DNA from: Eledone cirrhosa
Taxonomy: Eukaryota
Assembly (NCBI GenBank): GCA_964016885.1
Contig: OZ024743.1
Span: forward strand, 67,704,001 to 67,768,000
Direction of reading: 5' to 3'
DNA: 64,000 nucleotides
Within the stretch, counting starts at the first letter, position 1. Each line of letters opens with the position of its first letter. The position numbers and the translations under genes were made by a program. Shown here one piece after another: positions 41,233-62,006 of the stretch. The notes beneath the pieces were generated by a model. The model was not told the DNA's origin and searched no databases. It saw only the letters and a program-made list of their open reading frames with translations.

Positions 41233-42257
41233 ACGAGGGAGATGAGTAAAAACAATTAGGGAGAGGAGAAAAAACAATGTTAAACGAGAACAAGAAAAGA
41301 AAAAGAATGCGTGAAAATGGTTTTCATGGAGAAAGAGCGTGTTTAAATATTCATCCAAATATATGTTGTCTTCACTACAACTAAGTGGTTCTGACTACTC
41401 TGTTAGATATATAAACTAATCTAATACAAGATTTCATCATTTCTCAATTGTCTTTACAAAACGTTTGTTCGCCACTTGTACTTATTTCTGTAATGGTGCA
41501 CATTTATTATTTAAAATAGGCGAACCTCTTTTTCATATATCAGTCAATTTGTAAGGCCCCGTGTTTGTTTTGCTGTGTTTCTAGCCAGATTAGACTTGTG
41601 GTGGTAAATTGGTCTATATAAACATATATACAAAAACTACAGTTAGAAATATACAACATAAATTTTCGAAAATATATGAATTTCTTCAAGACATGACATA
41701 AGTACTTTTGTCTCCGCGTCACTTCTGGGACAATGTATCAATGAGATGCGAGTCAGCTTCTGACGAAGAGTCTTGATTTATGCTCATAAACACCTCCACC
41801 GACACACATATGTCTGCATGTATATATGCATGTGTGTGTGTGTTTGTTTATATATATATGTGTGTGTGTGGGAGGGAGCGTGAACATGTATATGTAGATG
41901 CTTTTCCACATTCATGTATGCCTATAAGTTTGTTTTGGAAGCAAGCATATAAGTATCTTACTTCGCATGTGTATATTTATGTGTATGCCTAAGTGTGTAT
42001 AAGCATATATGTATCTATGTATGTAAATGTATACGTTTAATTCTATGCATGTTTATGACTATGTATGTATAGATATGGATTTATCTATGTGTTTGTGTGT
42101 GTATATATTTGGAATTAACAGTGTATTGGTATGAATACACATATATGGATGTGTAGATGTATCAGTGTTTCAACAGATATGTGTATGAATGTTTATGTGT
42201 ATGTATGGATGTATACACGAGAGTAAGTATTTGTGTAATAGTGATAGCAAGTGTGTA

Positions 42258-42306
<49 letters not shown>

Positions 42307-42675
42307 ATATATATATATATATAGAAACATATATATATATATGTGTGTGTATGTGTGTGTGTGTCTGTGTGTCTGTGTGTGTGTGGATGTGGGTGTGTGT
42401 GTGGGTGTGTGGGTGTGTGGGTGTGTGTGAATATAAGAGTGTATTTATATTTGTGTACAGATCTTTGTAAATGTGTATAAATGTATATATGTATGGATGT
42501 ATATGTGTGTACATCTGTAATTGAGACATGAATCAGGTACGTATGTTCGTATGAACATAAATCAAAGATCCTCCATTGATTGCTGCCCTTCAGGCATTGT
42601 ATTTCCTGTTTTCACCCCCGCCCGTACAGATAACACACATATATGCTTGTGACTAGAAAGTTACTCATACACACA

Positions 42676-42731
<56 letters not shown>

Positions 42732-42742
42732 TATATGAATAT

Positions 42743-42789
<47 letters not shown>

Positions 42790-42962
42790 CTATAGTGAGA
42801 TGGAATGTGTGAAAGTGTAAAGAGTGGGTAATTCGGAAGATTGAGAATGTGTTCAAACTTAAGTGATAGATTTTTCTGCCGTTCATCTCGATGTGAAATA
42901 TCTTCCCTGCACTGTTACAGTTATTGTTCTTCCTTAACAAATTGTTACAAATAATATTGATG

Positions 42963-43340
42963 CTTTCCGATTTAGGCACAGGGCCAACAAAATTGTGGCG
43001 TGGGTGAGGAAAGTTGTTTAAATCGACCCAATGCATTACTGGTACATTGATTTATCGACAGCGTAAGAATGAAAGGCAAAACTATCCTCGGTATGGAAGT
43101 AACGCTATGCTGCCAATTCTGCCAATCCCCCACCCTAATAACGGTTTCTTATATAGTCACGAGGCCAGCAATTATGAGGGAGGCGAAACTCGATTTAAAT
43201 CGACACCAGTACGTGACTGGTACTTTATTTTATGGACCCCGCAAGGATGAAAGCCAAAGTTAACATCGGCGGGAATTGAACTTAGATCAGAAAGGGTTGT
43301 AACTCTATGCTGCAAAGCATGGCGACCGACCCTCCTCCCA
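42963..43340 (-). mobile_element. Two tandem family A SINEs (42963-43135, 43160-43340)
   Basis: actggtac..tttatcgac..gaatgaaaggcaaa occurs twice; the second has gggaattgaac (B box). Confidence 0.75.
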
Positions 43341-43365
43341 TAGTGCAAAATGATTTCTACTATTA

Positions 43366-44400
43366 TCACAAGGTAGAAATTCCGGCACTCCCTATGAAGT
43401 CTGGTATCGCAAGGCTTTTGATAAAAGACGTAAGACATTTAGGGACCGTACCTAGAGCTCCAATAACGATTGCCACGATTTCTAACTCTTCGTAGAGATC
43501 AGTTCTGTTAGTGCCTGCAAGATCTGCATACTTATGAATCTTTACCATTTCTTTTTAGCTACATTGTGGTCTTGATTAATCGCAATATCAATTAGAGTCC
43601 ATTTTGTGGGGTTTGCTGGACGTGTAATTCCAAAATAACTATACTCCCTCTCTTGATAGACACGGTTCAAAAGGAGTATGTTCGTAACGCTGACATTGTG
43701 TTTCTATGTATTTTTTGCACAACTCACAATGGACTCTTTTTGTTATAAGATTATCCAGGATTTTATATCGTCTTTTTTCTAATTGTTCAGATCCCCTAGC
43801 AATATGTGCCACAGATTCGTCTGCTTTATGGCATACTCTGCAGAGTGGGAGGATTTTTGTCCATCTATGTTTGCTTTACCCAATTGGTTCTGAGTGCCTG
43901 GTATTGAGCGCAGTAACAATATCCCCAGCGATTTTTTAACCCAACCTGGATTATGACTGCCATCGAGAGAAAGCATGTGGGAACTAGAAGACAGTGGTTA
44001 TAAATATTTGGGGATCTCAGAACTAGATCATATTTTGCACGCAGAAATGAAAGAAAAGTATATAGGGGATATATTTATAAATAATAAAAATGATTTTACA
44101 ATCCAACTTGAATGTGAGAAATCTGATCTCTGCAATGAATATATGGGCAGTTGTAATGGTTAGATATAGTGTGTCCATTCTCAGTTAAATGGAAGAAGAA
44201 ATATCAAAATTAGATAAAAAGAAGAGAAAATTAATGATATTGTACTGAGCTTTACACCCCAAAGAAAATATTAATAAACTATGCATGAGGAGAAAGAATG
44301 GTGTAGAGCCCTCTTCAACGTGAATCATTGTATAAGGAGTGGAAGGAGAACGCTTGCAGAATATTTGATAAACTGTGACGAAGAGTTGTGAAAATTTGCT
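43366..44400. mobile_element. Decayed R4/Dong-like retrotransposon with internal inversion at ~43975
   Basis: Minus 43366-43975: LCRVCHKADESVAHI, KYADLA, IVIGALGTVPK. Plus 43975-44400: GYKYLGISELDHILHAEMKEK and downstream thumb-like remnants. Confidence 0.7.
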
Positions 44401-46778
44401 ACGTGCATTTTGAGGACCTTGTTGAGACTTGACCGATTACTAAATACTCTAATGCATTATCCATCTGCGCTGCATGAGAAAGCGATAATAATAATAATAA
44501 TGATTTCTACATTAGTCACGCTGGGCCCACATTAAGAAAACTTTAATGAATTAACATGACGGTACAAAAATATATGGAAATGGTTAAGTCGTTAAAAATG
44601 GTTAAAAATAAGAAAATGGTAAAATATTCAAACAATATACATTTCTCAATGAGGGAAATTTCTGAGAGTCATCTGTGGAGAAAGAGCACAAAAGACCAAG
44701 GGTTACCCTGGCCGGTAGGGCAAGTCCCCTCGCTTTTTTCCTTCTCCAATCTACAGATGCATATTCAGAGCACATCCATTCACTCGAATCATGCTCATCA
44801 TTCACAGAAAACTTTCAACAAACTGGATCAAAGGGGAACTTCCCTCTCCGCGCTGATTTTCTTCTTCGGGTGAAACCTGATATAGATGACCAGGATTTCG
44901 GCGAAGAGGAAAGTGCTTGTCTTCAAGCTTTTCAGACGTGTACACCACATGATATCATCCCCATAGCTATTAGAATGCTAAAACCTACCTTCCCTTCATA
45001 ACCTACAAGAGGCAATGAAGCCATTTTCACGATCGACTAAGCTGGTAGCCGAATTGTCATACATATGACATCAAGTGTTTGACATAAATTCCCAAGTCAG
45101 CAATATTCAGGCAATTGACAAATGTGGGCAGAACGGTTTCGTCGCCCCGTACTCATCTCTGACAGACCCGGCAGGAAATGTAAGAGATGTCGCAGCTTCA
45201 GTACCTGTCTGTGTATCACGAGTAATGGCTTTTATAAACCTAAACATTATATTGTCTGTCCTCTAGTTTCCTATGTAAAACAGACACTTTTTTATTAGAG
45301 ATAATATATCTCATTTTCCCAGCAGTAATCATCAGGCTTTTATGCCTAACATACGTGAGATGAGATTTCATACGAGATTTACATGTAATTTGTTAGGTGA
45401 CAACAAACAATAAATATATAAATGGCGCATGATAACCTCTGATATGTTTATGTGTTATCTCTTCAGATAAAGCTGTATATAGACACAATTATAATATGTT
45501 TATGCATTAAAAGTTTAAAATAATAAATAGTTGTTGGGAATATTCTGAAAGCAATGTCTAAATAAAACATGACGATATAGTAAATGTAGAAATACAGTAT
45601 TTCATTGGGAAATTATCACCCCAGATTTTTAGCACCTTAATTACTTAAAATTTGAAGTTGGTGAAAATTGTCAAAATAATGCCGAAAGCCCATTTTACCA
45701 TGGATTCTTTGGTCACATATTCCTTGGCCCTTATTCGAGTATATACGGTATTTCCAGTTGCCGCTGAACTTTCTAAGCAATGCGCAGCTAGAAGATATCT
45801 TCTTATTGAGATTGTAAAGAAACTATGCTTGTTGATAACAAATTTACACATACATGTACATTTATATATATTCTTTCATTTACAATCATTTGATTGTACC
45901 TATATTTCAAGATGCCAGCCACGTCACGTACAATGTGACATTCAGTTTGTCCGAGAATTACGTGAAATTTGCAAGTGTCTGTCGAATATTCAACGACTTA
46001 CAAGGAATAGATATTTATGTATCTGGTTAACATTATGATATTAGCGGTGGTTTGAATTATGATATGTAATCCAATTTAATCTGAAATAATGCTATATAAA
46101 TAAATTTATATGAACGTATTTTCATTACGAGATTATGAGGTAAGTACGTTCCAGCACGCACGGCATAACGCGGATGCCTTGTTAAGCAGTAATATTTATT
46201 TCAATATCCACTTTCAAAACAATGTCAATGGCAGAATGTAATCAGAAAGGATACTGTAACCTCGAGAACGATTAATAGGAGGTTTATAATCATGTCTCCC
46301 TAAGAACTGATGCTAAACATCATACTAACATGCTAAACATATGTGTATACATGCTACACATATATACGTAGTGTCAAATAATTGTAAGTGAAAGATTATG
46401 TTTACATAGGTTATCCACATATATATTTTGCTTCTAAAATTGATATGGTGATACTGTTGTCTACTTCACCATAACATAGCAAGTTAGCACCTATTGCTGC
46501 TAGATTAAAGTATCCTGAAATACATTTATAAAGTTTCCTTACACAAGTATTGAGATATCTGTGATTTGATCACAAGCGTAAATATTCACAGCGAGAGTAT
46601 ATGTATATTCATTATATCATAAATGGAAAAAATGAAACGAAATTTCATTTCTCACTCTTAGTACGGCTGTTACTTAAATATAAGTATGTATACGTACATA
46701 CATATATGTATACAGACGTACAGTAGTATGTATATATACATACATGCACATATATATATATATATATATATATATGTA

Positions 46779-47176
46779 CGTATCGATTCACCGAACATTT
46801 ATTATAATGCTCGGTGTGTTTGTAAACAAACATCCCGAATTAAGCCGTACAAAGTCTAGCAACCATCGTTGCCCATTTGTTCAATACTGACAAAGGAACG
46901 CTGTACTATTTCAAGCTTATTAGCTATCGTCATTATTAGCTTTCGGTACCCCGGCCGATTAACTCACTCGATATGCAAATTAGGCTGCTCAGCCGTTAAT
47001 ATGCATAAGGAAAGTTTATACTTTCAGACGTTCAACCATCTGGCAGGAAGGTATACGTTGCTGACGATAGCTAATAAGCTTGAAACTAGTACAGCGTTGC
47101 TTTGTCAGTGTTGAACAAATGGACAACGATGGTTGCTAGACACTGTACGGCTTAATTCGGGATGTTTGTTTACAAA
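46779..47176. mobile_element. Fold-back insertion, 114-bp arms (46819-46932, 47062-47176), tail 46779-46818 next to (TA)n
   Basis: Arms are direct reverse complements with few mismatches. Confidence 0.85.
47056..47096 (+). ncRNA. Minimal type-I hammerhead ribozyme motif with intact core
   Basis: cgttg-CTGACGA-t agct aata agct t-GAAA-ctag-TA^cagcg. Stem III palindrome ACTAGT. Confidence 0.82.
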
Positions 47177-47831
47177 TCAATTTCATGTCTCGATAGATAA
47201 ATTTCGACAACGATTACATGTCCAGAATATTTAGGTTGAATAACCAGGACATATCGAAGCCCAGATTACTTAACCACTATATTAATCAATACCTAAATGA
47301 CGGCCTTGGTCTTGATCACATTCGAATCATTCAATAAATAAAAATATAACACTCCTTAAGCCAGCCCCTAATATAACTGTAAACAATAACCAAACACGGG
47401 CAGATTTTCAAGGTATAACATGTGATTTATCATGTCCAAACCGACCCTTTCGAAAACAACTGCAGTGTCACCACGACAGCAAGACATGAAACTCTGACCA
47501 GAATTTCAACTGCAGCCATTGCGTCGGCACCTGCCTTCGCTGCATTGGCCTGAAGAGTCACAAGCTTACCTGCAGTTAACATGACCCCACCTATATTAAT
47601 CTCCATGCGCGAAGACAGGCCATGATGACATGGCAAAATCCACATTATATTTCATTGACTTTGTTATTCAAACTTTCCGATGGCACATATTGCTGGATTT
47701 ATCGCTTCTCTGCTGAATGTATTTAGATTGTGAACACGTAAAGAGACCACGTGACATCACAGCCCAACTTTTCAGCTCACTACAGTTCATGTGTGTCATT
47801 CTTTCATTTTTTTCACACCCAAACTCTGCCA

Positions 47832-47867
<36 letters not shown>

Positions 47868-47928
47868 CTCTCTCTCTCTCTCTCTCTCCCCCTCTCTCTC
47901 ACCCTCTCTCTCCCCCTCTTTCTCACCC

Positions 47929-47964
<36 letters not shown>

Positions 47965-47977
47965 CCCCTCTATCTCG

Positions 47978-48010
<33 letters not shown>

Positions 48011-48011
<1 letters not shown>

Positions 48012-48835
48012 GAAAAAGTGAGTCCTTCATCAGTGAGCCTCCAACCGTCCTGGGCATTTCATCGCTTTAAGGGCCATATGCCTCGGGTTGGTGCGAACAA
48101 CGGCTAAAAAAAGTCGTTGGGACACGTAAATAAAGGGGGACGCCAGAGTAAGAACAAAAAAGGTTTAGCAACGGAAAGTGAGTAGAAATAGACAAGTCCC
48201 AGATCTCTATGAATATAAACTCTGTGAAATCGTGAACAAGAGACAAAAGACCATCAAACCTGGTTGAAATGTGAGCAAGGAAAGAATTTCGCCCAAGTTT
48301 GACGGGGGGGGGGGGGCTCTCTTTCGTCTGCGACTTCACAAAACTTGCGTTTACCGAATTCGTAGACCAGACCCCTTTATCTTCTTCTTCTTCTTCTTCT
48401 TCTTCTTCTTCTTCTTCTTCTTCTTCTTCTTCTTCTTCTTCTTCTTCTTCTTCTTCCTCTTCTCTCCCTTTTCTCTCTCTCTTTTTTCCCCCCCGTCAAA
48501 CTTGGGCGAAATTCTTTCCTTGCTCACATTTCAACCAGGTTTGATGGTCTTTTGTCTCTTGTTCACGATTTCACAGAGTTTATATTCATAGAGATCTGGG
48601 ACTTGTCTATTTCTACTCACTTTCCGTTGCTAAAACTTTTTTGTTCTTACTCTGGCGTCCCCCTTTATTTACGTGTCCCAACGACTTTTTTTAGCCGTTG
48701 TTCGCACCAACCCGAGGCATATGGCCCTTAAAGCGATGAAATGCCCAGGACGGTTGGAGGGTCACTGATGAAGGACTCACTTTTTCATATGTATCCCATT
48801 TGCAACGCCGCAGCTCCATTATTATCATATTTACA
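48011..48835. mobile_element. Young fold-back insertion, ~295-bp near-identical arms, (TTC)n in spacer, tail 48788-48835
   Basis: 48011-48308 versus 48488-48787 differ at about 2 positions by eye; family of 8130-9018; (TA)n on both sides. Confidence 0.9.
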
Positions 48836-49096
48836 TATATATATATATATATATATATATACTTCATACGGATATGACTTTCTATAACACACGAACTGTT
48901 TCATTCGTTGGGAATATTGTCGAGAAATTTATTTATCTCTGCATCCCTTCCTTCTCTATTCAGAAAATAATTTTCAGTTTCGTGCAAATGCACACACGAT
49001 CGCACACACATAAACGCACACACATACACGCACGCACACACACATATATACACACACCTGCACACGCACATACATACCCCCCCCCACATATATATA

Positions 49097-49145
<49 letters not shown>

Positions 49146-49206
49146 GTAGAGTGCTTCTTATCCGATATCTGCATTGCTTTATTGTGCTACAATAAAACTC
49201 ACCTCC

Positions 49207-49301
<95 letters not shown>

Positions 49302-49304
49302 GTA

Positions 49305-50208
49305 CGAGGTGTGTCAGAAAAGTTCCAGGACTGATGTCACAAAAGATTTATTTCAAACCAAAACTTCACACGAAGAGTTTTCTCCTTCAAATTAAGCCCC
49401 CTGGAGTCTAATGCACATTTCCACCCTTTTCTGCTACGCTTGCATGCACTCTTGGAAGGATTCTTCCGGGATCCTCTTCAGTTCCGTAGTCACGGCCTTT
49501 TTGATGTCGCCCACATCTTCAAAACGGGTCCCCTCCGGGTCGTACTCGAAGATCCATGACTCATCACTGGTGATGACGGTCCCTAGCAAGTCTGGTTCGG
49601 TTTCAAGACGCTCGAGGATGTTCTGGAACACTTGCATGCGTCGACCGTTCTGGTCATCGTTCAGCAGTTTTGGCACCATCTTCGCGCAGACTTTCCGCAT
49701 GTCCAAATCTTCAGTGAGAATCTTCCAGACGCTGTTCCAATTCATGCCCTGCTCATTTGCCATCAGTCGAATAGTCAGCTGACGATCGCTACGCACCATC
49801 TGCCTGACGCGCTCAACGTTGACCTCAGTCCTGGTTGTTGAGGGCCTGCTGCTCCTGAGGTCATCTTCCACGTCCTTGCGTCCTTTTTTAAACCTGTTGC
49901 ACCACTCAAAAACACGTGAGCGTGACATCGTCTCATCTCCATACACTTGCTACAGCAATCCCAGTGCTTCTGACTGAGTTTTCCCCAGAAACTTCAAGTT
50001 TGTTCGTTGATCTGTGCTCATTGCTTGACGACCTGAAACAGAGGACATGTATATAAAATTATGAAGAAAAAGGTTGATCGCTGCTGAAAGCTAGGATTAC
50101 AGTTACATACTACAGGGGGATTATTTTGAAGGAGAAACGCCTAGTGTGAAGTTTGGGTTTTAAATAAATCTTTTGTGACATTAGTCCTGGAACTTTTTTG
50201 ACACCTCT
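49305..50208 (-). mobile_element. mariner (Tc1/mariner) DNA transposon, internally deleted
   Basis: TA-flanked ~66-bp TIRs (cgaggtgtgtcagaaaagttccaggact..). ORF 49434-49946 has YGDETMSRSRVFEW..RPST, KMVPKLL, ITSDESWIFEYDPE and then jumps to the C-terminal GTRFEDV, so two catalytic Asp residues are missing. Confidence 0.93.
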
Positions 50209-50236
50209 TATATATATATATATATATGAAAACATT

Positions 50237-50292
50237 TTCCTATTACCCACTCTACTACCCTAAGTATTGAGTACTCCTGTGCGTTATCGTGC

Positions 50293-50295
<3 letters not shown>
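50237..50295 (+). mobile_element. Isolated family H2 tail fragment in (TA)n
   Basis: ttcctattacccactctactaccctaagtattgagtact also occurs at 25546 (+), 21970 (-) and 40386-40460 (-). Confidence 0.7.
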
Positions 50296-50362
<67 letters not shown>

Positions 50363-51474
50363 TAGAGTGAGTGAGCGAGAGAGAATGAAAGTGAGATCGG
50401 TTGGTTCCGTAGATTCGTCCTATACGAAGGGTGCATAATCCATAAAACCCTGTTTAGTATTCATTAAGTTCTCCAACTACAAACGGACGTATCAGATCCT
50501 ATTCACCCAAAGTGATTCTGTGAAGTTTTAAGATATTAAAACATTTGTTTAGGGGAGGGGTGGGGTATGTCTTTAGATGAAACAATCACTTGAATTACTG
50601 AACGGAGAGAAAATATTGACTTCATGTAGCATGCGGGTTTTTTAAATTTTATTTAACAAGTAATGATGTTTCAATTTAAATATCAATTAATATTAGATGT
50701 AATTACAACATTATGATGATTATCGAAATACAATTAACAGTAAGTAGATTGATAGTGGTCTTCTAAATTGAAGAGTCTTCAAACAGCGCAAATAGCTGAA
50801 ATATCTTCCACAGCAATATATATGAGAGAATGTCATCAAAAATTGTTCTTGGTAACTTTATTGTCATACTCTTCAATCAAGAAGTGTTCCAGTATTTTTT
50901 CTTTATGTAATCACAATTTCTGCTCACAGCAGATTATAAAACGTCATGAATATATACCCTATTTATTCCAATTCATTGTCATTGCTTTGAGTTCTGACCA
51001 TGATTGACATAGTGGCCATGTTAAGATCAACACCCCGGCCACCTATATATATGCCGATTTCCAAGATAACAGACATTTTTCAAATATGGCAGCAAAATAG
51101 TTCTAAAATAATGAAATCGAGATTGTGTGAATAACGTCAGCCGCGATTTTCAAGATAGCCGGCTGAGAGATATTCGCTCAAACCGTCATGTTCAAAAGAT
51201 TGACAACGACGGAAACCCAAACGACACCCATACTTGGGGGAAAGGAGATGAAACAAAGTAAGTATATTAAGAAGAAGTAATAGAAAGGATGATGAGTCAG
51301 AGAATTGGAAGTGTCTTTAGAACGTCAGCTATAATAATTTGAAGTGGAGACTCCGGCTTTCGGCACTCTGATTTCAATTCACGCCGAGGTCAATTAAGTT
51401 TTTTATTATATCCAGAAGTAACAGACTAGTACTCTGTATTTCTCACTCACTGCCTAACTCCCCACTGCTCTCTT

Positions 51475-51513
<39 letters not shown>

Positions 51514-52320
51514 TGCAAAAAATCGGTTGTATTAGGAACAGGTGAGGAGATGGGCTCTGTCAGGTTTCATATACTTTATAGTGGATGTCAATACGGAGCC
51601 CTATGATTCCATCAGAATTTATGAGACAAAATATATACATATATAATATGGACATCATGAGCGACAGAGATATAGAGAGGCGTAGGAGGAGAGATGAAAT
51701 ATCTATTTCAGCAAAATACGAACAAATAAAAGATGTTTACTGCTCCGAGATTTGAACTAAGAATAGAGAATGACATCAGTTTATGTCACTTAACGTTTTA
51801 AGGATTCTGGATATTAATTGCAGTAAAATATATATCTATGCAATTCAAATTATCTAAGTTGCTTATATATATGCCCCACCTATATTCACACTCATATATA
51901 CACTCATACTCATACTCTCTTTCACAAACACAGACTGTCAAAACTTCTCTTCTCTTGTTTCCCATCTATCTCTTTATACATACAATTATGTTTATATCTA
52001 GTTAAAGTAAATCATGTTTTACCTGAGGGCTACCCCGATATGATTTGAGCAGTAGAAGAAAAATGTGATAACAACAAAGAAGTTAGAATGTCAGGCAATT
52101 GTGTATAAATTCTAATATTCTAGGATAAAAGCCGTCCATCTAAAGATTAATTGAGTAAACCAATACGGAACTTTAAATAAAAAACTATTTCTGCATTTTA
52201 CACAAAACTTCAAGTAACGACAATACCATTTTATATACATCTTTTATTTTTGAGTGCGTGTATATGCATAAATATGTATGTGTATGTATATGTCTGCATG
52301 TGTATGAACGTATCTCAGTA

Positions 52321-52383
<63 letters not shown>

Positions 52384-52648
52384 TCACCAGAGAAATCAAT
52401 GTAAGTATATGTCTCTCACTATATTTCACTCTCTCTTTGTATGTGTGTAGTGTCTGTGTGTATGTGCGCGCGTACATACACGCAAATTCGCACACAGACG
52501 CACGAACACACAAACACACACACATATATAAGTATATATATATGTAAATATATATAAATGTATCATATATATATATATATATATATATATACATTTGCGT
52601 TCAGTGCCTCATCCATATGTATGAACTAAGATACTGTGATTTATGTAT

Positions 52649-52848
52649 NNNNNNNNNNNNNNNNNNNNNNNNNNNNNNNNNNNNNNNNNNNNNNNNNNNN
52701 NNNNNNNNNNNNNNNNNNNNNNNNNNNNNNNNNNNNNNNNNNNNNNNNNNNNNNNNNNNNNNNNNNNNNNNNNNNNNNNNNNNNNNNNNNNNNNNNNNNN
52801 NNNNNNNNNNNNNNNNNNNNNNNNNNNNNNNNNNNNNNNNNNNNNNNN
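52649..52848. other. Assembly gap (200 N)
   Basis: Run of n. Confidence 1.
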
Positions 52849-55030
52849 GGAAAAAGAAAAAGAGAAGGAGGAGAGCACAAGCAGGGAGCTGATATAAAAT
52901 GATATACCCTCCGCCACAGGCAGGGAGGGCAGGCCAGGCAACCAACAAGCAAAGGGCAAAGGTGAAAAGCGAAATCACCTTCCGAAGGAGAACCAAGCGC
53001 AGAGGGACCAGTGGACAACTGTTCAAAGGAAGAACAGAAAGCACCGAGACACTGGGAGCAAAAAAAACCCAAGTAATGTGCAAGTTTTTCAAGAACGGGA
53101 CATGCTGGCATGGAGAGACAGGGATGGGATGCAGATTCGCCCACCCTAGGTCTCAAACGAACTATGCCCATCCTACTCGCGCAACATGCCCCAGCCAAAG
53201 CCGAAATAAGCCGCTTCAGAAGTATGCTGATGTCGCGCGTACCGCACCAACAAGGAGAAGGGCACGCACATGCCGACGAGATACAGATGGCAGCAGCAGA
53301 GCAGAACATTTGTTTGGTGATGGTAGAGAAGATTGTGGGACAGCTGACCTGGCTGCATCGTCTCCAGAGCCAGGGTCATCCACACCAGCACTCGAGACCA
53401 CCACAGTTAAGGGACCCAGAGTGGCCGCCGCTGACACCAGACCACGTGTCATACCGACACCCATTACTTGCACCCCAAAAGTCACACCAGTGCTGCTGCT
53501 GAATGTCAGAGGCCTGGTGAAACTCAGTAACATTAGCAAAATTTCCTACCCGGGAGACTTAGCCATAAGCAATCAAGCACTATGCATGGCACTAACCGAA
53601 ACACACCTGATAAGTAGTATAGCAGATGCAGAAATACATATACCGAAATATACTGTATTTCGTTCGGACAGGAAGGAGAGTACTCATGGTGTGGTTGCTC
53701 TGTATATCCGTGAAGATGTCACACCAATTGTACTGTTGACACATTCAAACTCAGTCTGTGACACACTGATAGTACATATGAAGCAACTACAGACAGTAAT
53801 ATGTGTCACATATCGGCCGCCCGATGCCCCTAGTCATGAGGGTAAATTTGAGTATAGCCTAAGTAGGATAGAAGAGGTCCTTGACAAACTGGACCAGGGT
53901 CTCAACATCCTACTGCTGGGAGACTTCAACCTACCAAAGGTCAAATGGCCTGAGGGCCACCTCCTCCCTGGAATGACGTCAATAGAACAGAGACAGACGG
54001 AATCCCTGCTGGCCCTCACACACAGGCTGTTCATGGAGCAAGCAATACTCCTCCCAACAAGAGGCGAAAGTGTCCTGGACCTCTGTTTTACAAACAACAA
54101 AGTGCTCATCCACAATGTAAAGGTGACACCAACAATTCTCTCGGATCATAATTTAGTAGAGCTAATGATAAGTGGTCCAAGAGAACCAACAGAGACAAAA
54201 CCACCAAGAAGCTCCGGGACGTTATCCAGCCTTAACTTCTACAAAGCTAACTGGAAAAAGATTAAGAGAGAAATCCGGATGCAAACATGGAGTGAAAACA
54301 CCGCCACACAAAACACTAACACACAATTTCAAAACTTCATGACAACGATACACAATATATGCAAAAGGTTTGTCCCGGAGAAAGAGGCAAACAGACACAA
54401 AAATCTTATTCCCAGAGATAGGAAAATCCTTATGAGACGTAGAACTAAACTCTCAAACCAGTTGAATCGTCAACAAAACAAAAACAAGAAGGAATCCTAT
54501 TTGAAATGTGCATTACTTGGCACCTAGATTGCACTCAAGCTTTCCCATGAGAATGAGAGGGCAAAGAAAGAGAACAGGGCCATAGAAAACATTAAAACAA
54601 ACCCTAAGGCCTTCTTTAAATTTGCAAAAGAAACTGCCTCAGTACACTGCAAGATTGGGCCACTCTTCCACACGGACGGTTCATTAACCGAAAACCCCCA
54701 AGAGATATGTGAAATACTGAACGAACAGTACACAAGTGTGTTCACATGTCCACTGAGGCACATGCAAATAACGAAGCCAGAGGAGTTCTTTGATGCTACA
54801 ACACTACATGAAGAAATGGCAACCATCAACCACATAGACATAACGGAGGAGGATGTGGTGTGCTGCTGGACCTGATGGATTCCCAGCAGTTCTCTTAAAA
54901 ATATGTAAGCGGGCCTTAGCAACTCCATTGAAGATGCTCTTCAGAAGCTCCTTGGCTAGCGGTGTACTACCCAGGGAACTGAAAGAAGGCACAATATGCC
55001 CTATCCATAAAGGAGGTAGCAGAAGGGAGG
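52849..55030 (+). mobile_element. CR1/L2-group LINE: CCCH zinc finger, APE endonuclease and start of RT; frameshifted and 3'-interrupted
   Basis: ORF 52899-54527: CKFFKNGTCWHG..CRFAH, LLNVRGL, LTETHL, YRPP, GDFNLP, LDLCF, SDHNLV. Later frames: NPKAFFK, GPDGFPAVLLK, ICPIHKGGS. Confidence 0.9.
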
Positions 55031-55050
55031 TCGACGACGGAATGATATGT

Positions 55051-61557
<6,507 letters not shown>

Positions 61558-61807
61558 GTGAATGTGTCTGTTGAAATCTGAAATATAGCTTAAGAGAAAC
61601 TTAAAAATAAGGAGTAGCACCCCAATTTGAACTTGTTTATCGAATTCTTTCTGCCTTTGTCACTCTAAATATAAATTATAGCCTTAAAGAATTAGCTTTA
61701 AATGAATTCCCTTTTCTTTCAACCAATGACCTCCACCCATCCCACTCTCCACCCTCTCCTACCACCTGAAAAGGATATAAATACGATAACATTTATTTTT
61801 GACAGCC

Positions 61808-61858
61808 AGATTCCTGATGATTTCTAAAGAATGAAACAGTTCTAGTCCTGTAGAACCT
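61808..61858 (+). ncRNA. Type-I hammerhead motif (family H5); the element ends at 61947 in (TA)n
   Basis: agattc-CTGATGA-t ttc taaa gaa t-GAAA-cag ttctagtc ctg-TA^gaacct; TATAAATA at 61776-61783 just upstream. Confidence 0.7.
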
Positions 61859-61941
61859 CATCTATTTTAAAACTTTTATACTCTGCTATGTATTGAGTAC
61901 CTTACTTACTGTGGTTACCTCCGATTCAACCCGGAATAACT

Positions 61942-62006
<65 letters not shown>

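Noticed and set aside
41755-41800. CTGACGA-a-gagt..gctc partial hammerhead, with similar weak hits at ~29382, ~39668 and ~22194
   Set aside because: GAAA and/or stems I and III are missing; not distinguishable from chance.
44556-46038. ORFs of 100-128 aa in non-repetitive-looking DNA
   Set aside because: No recognisable motifs or coding bias; cannot be supported as host exons.
40724-46980. Octamer ATGCAAAT upstream of two HHRs
   Set aside because: The motif occurs several other times in this AT-rich window, at about chance frequency.
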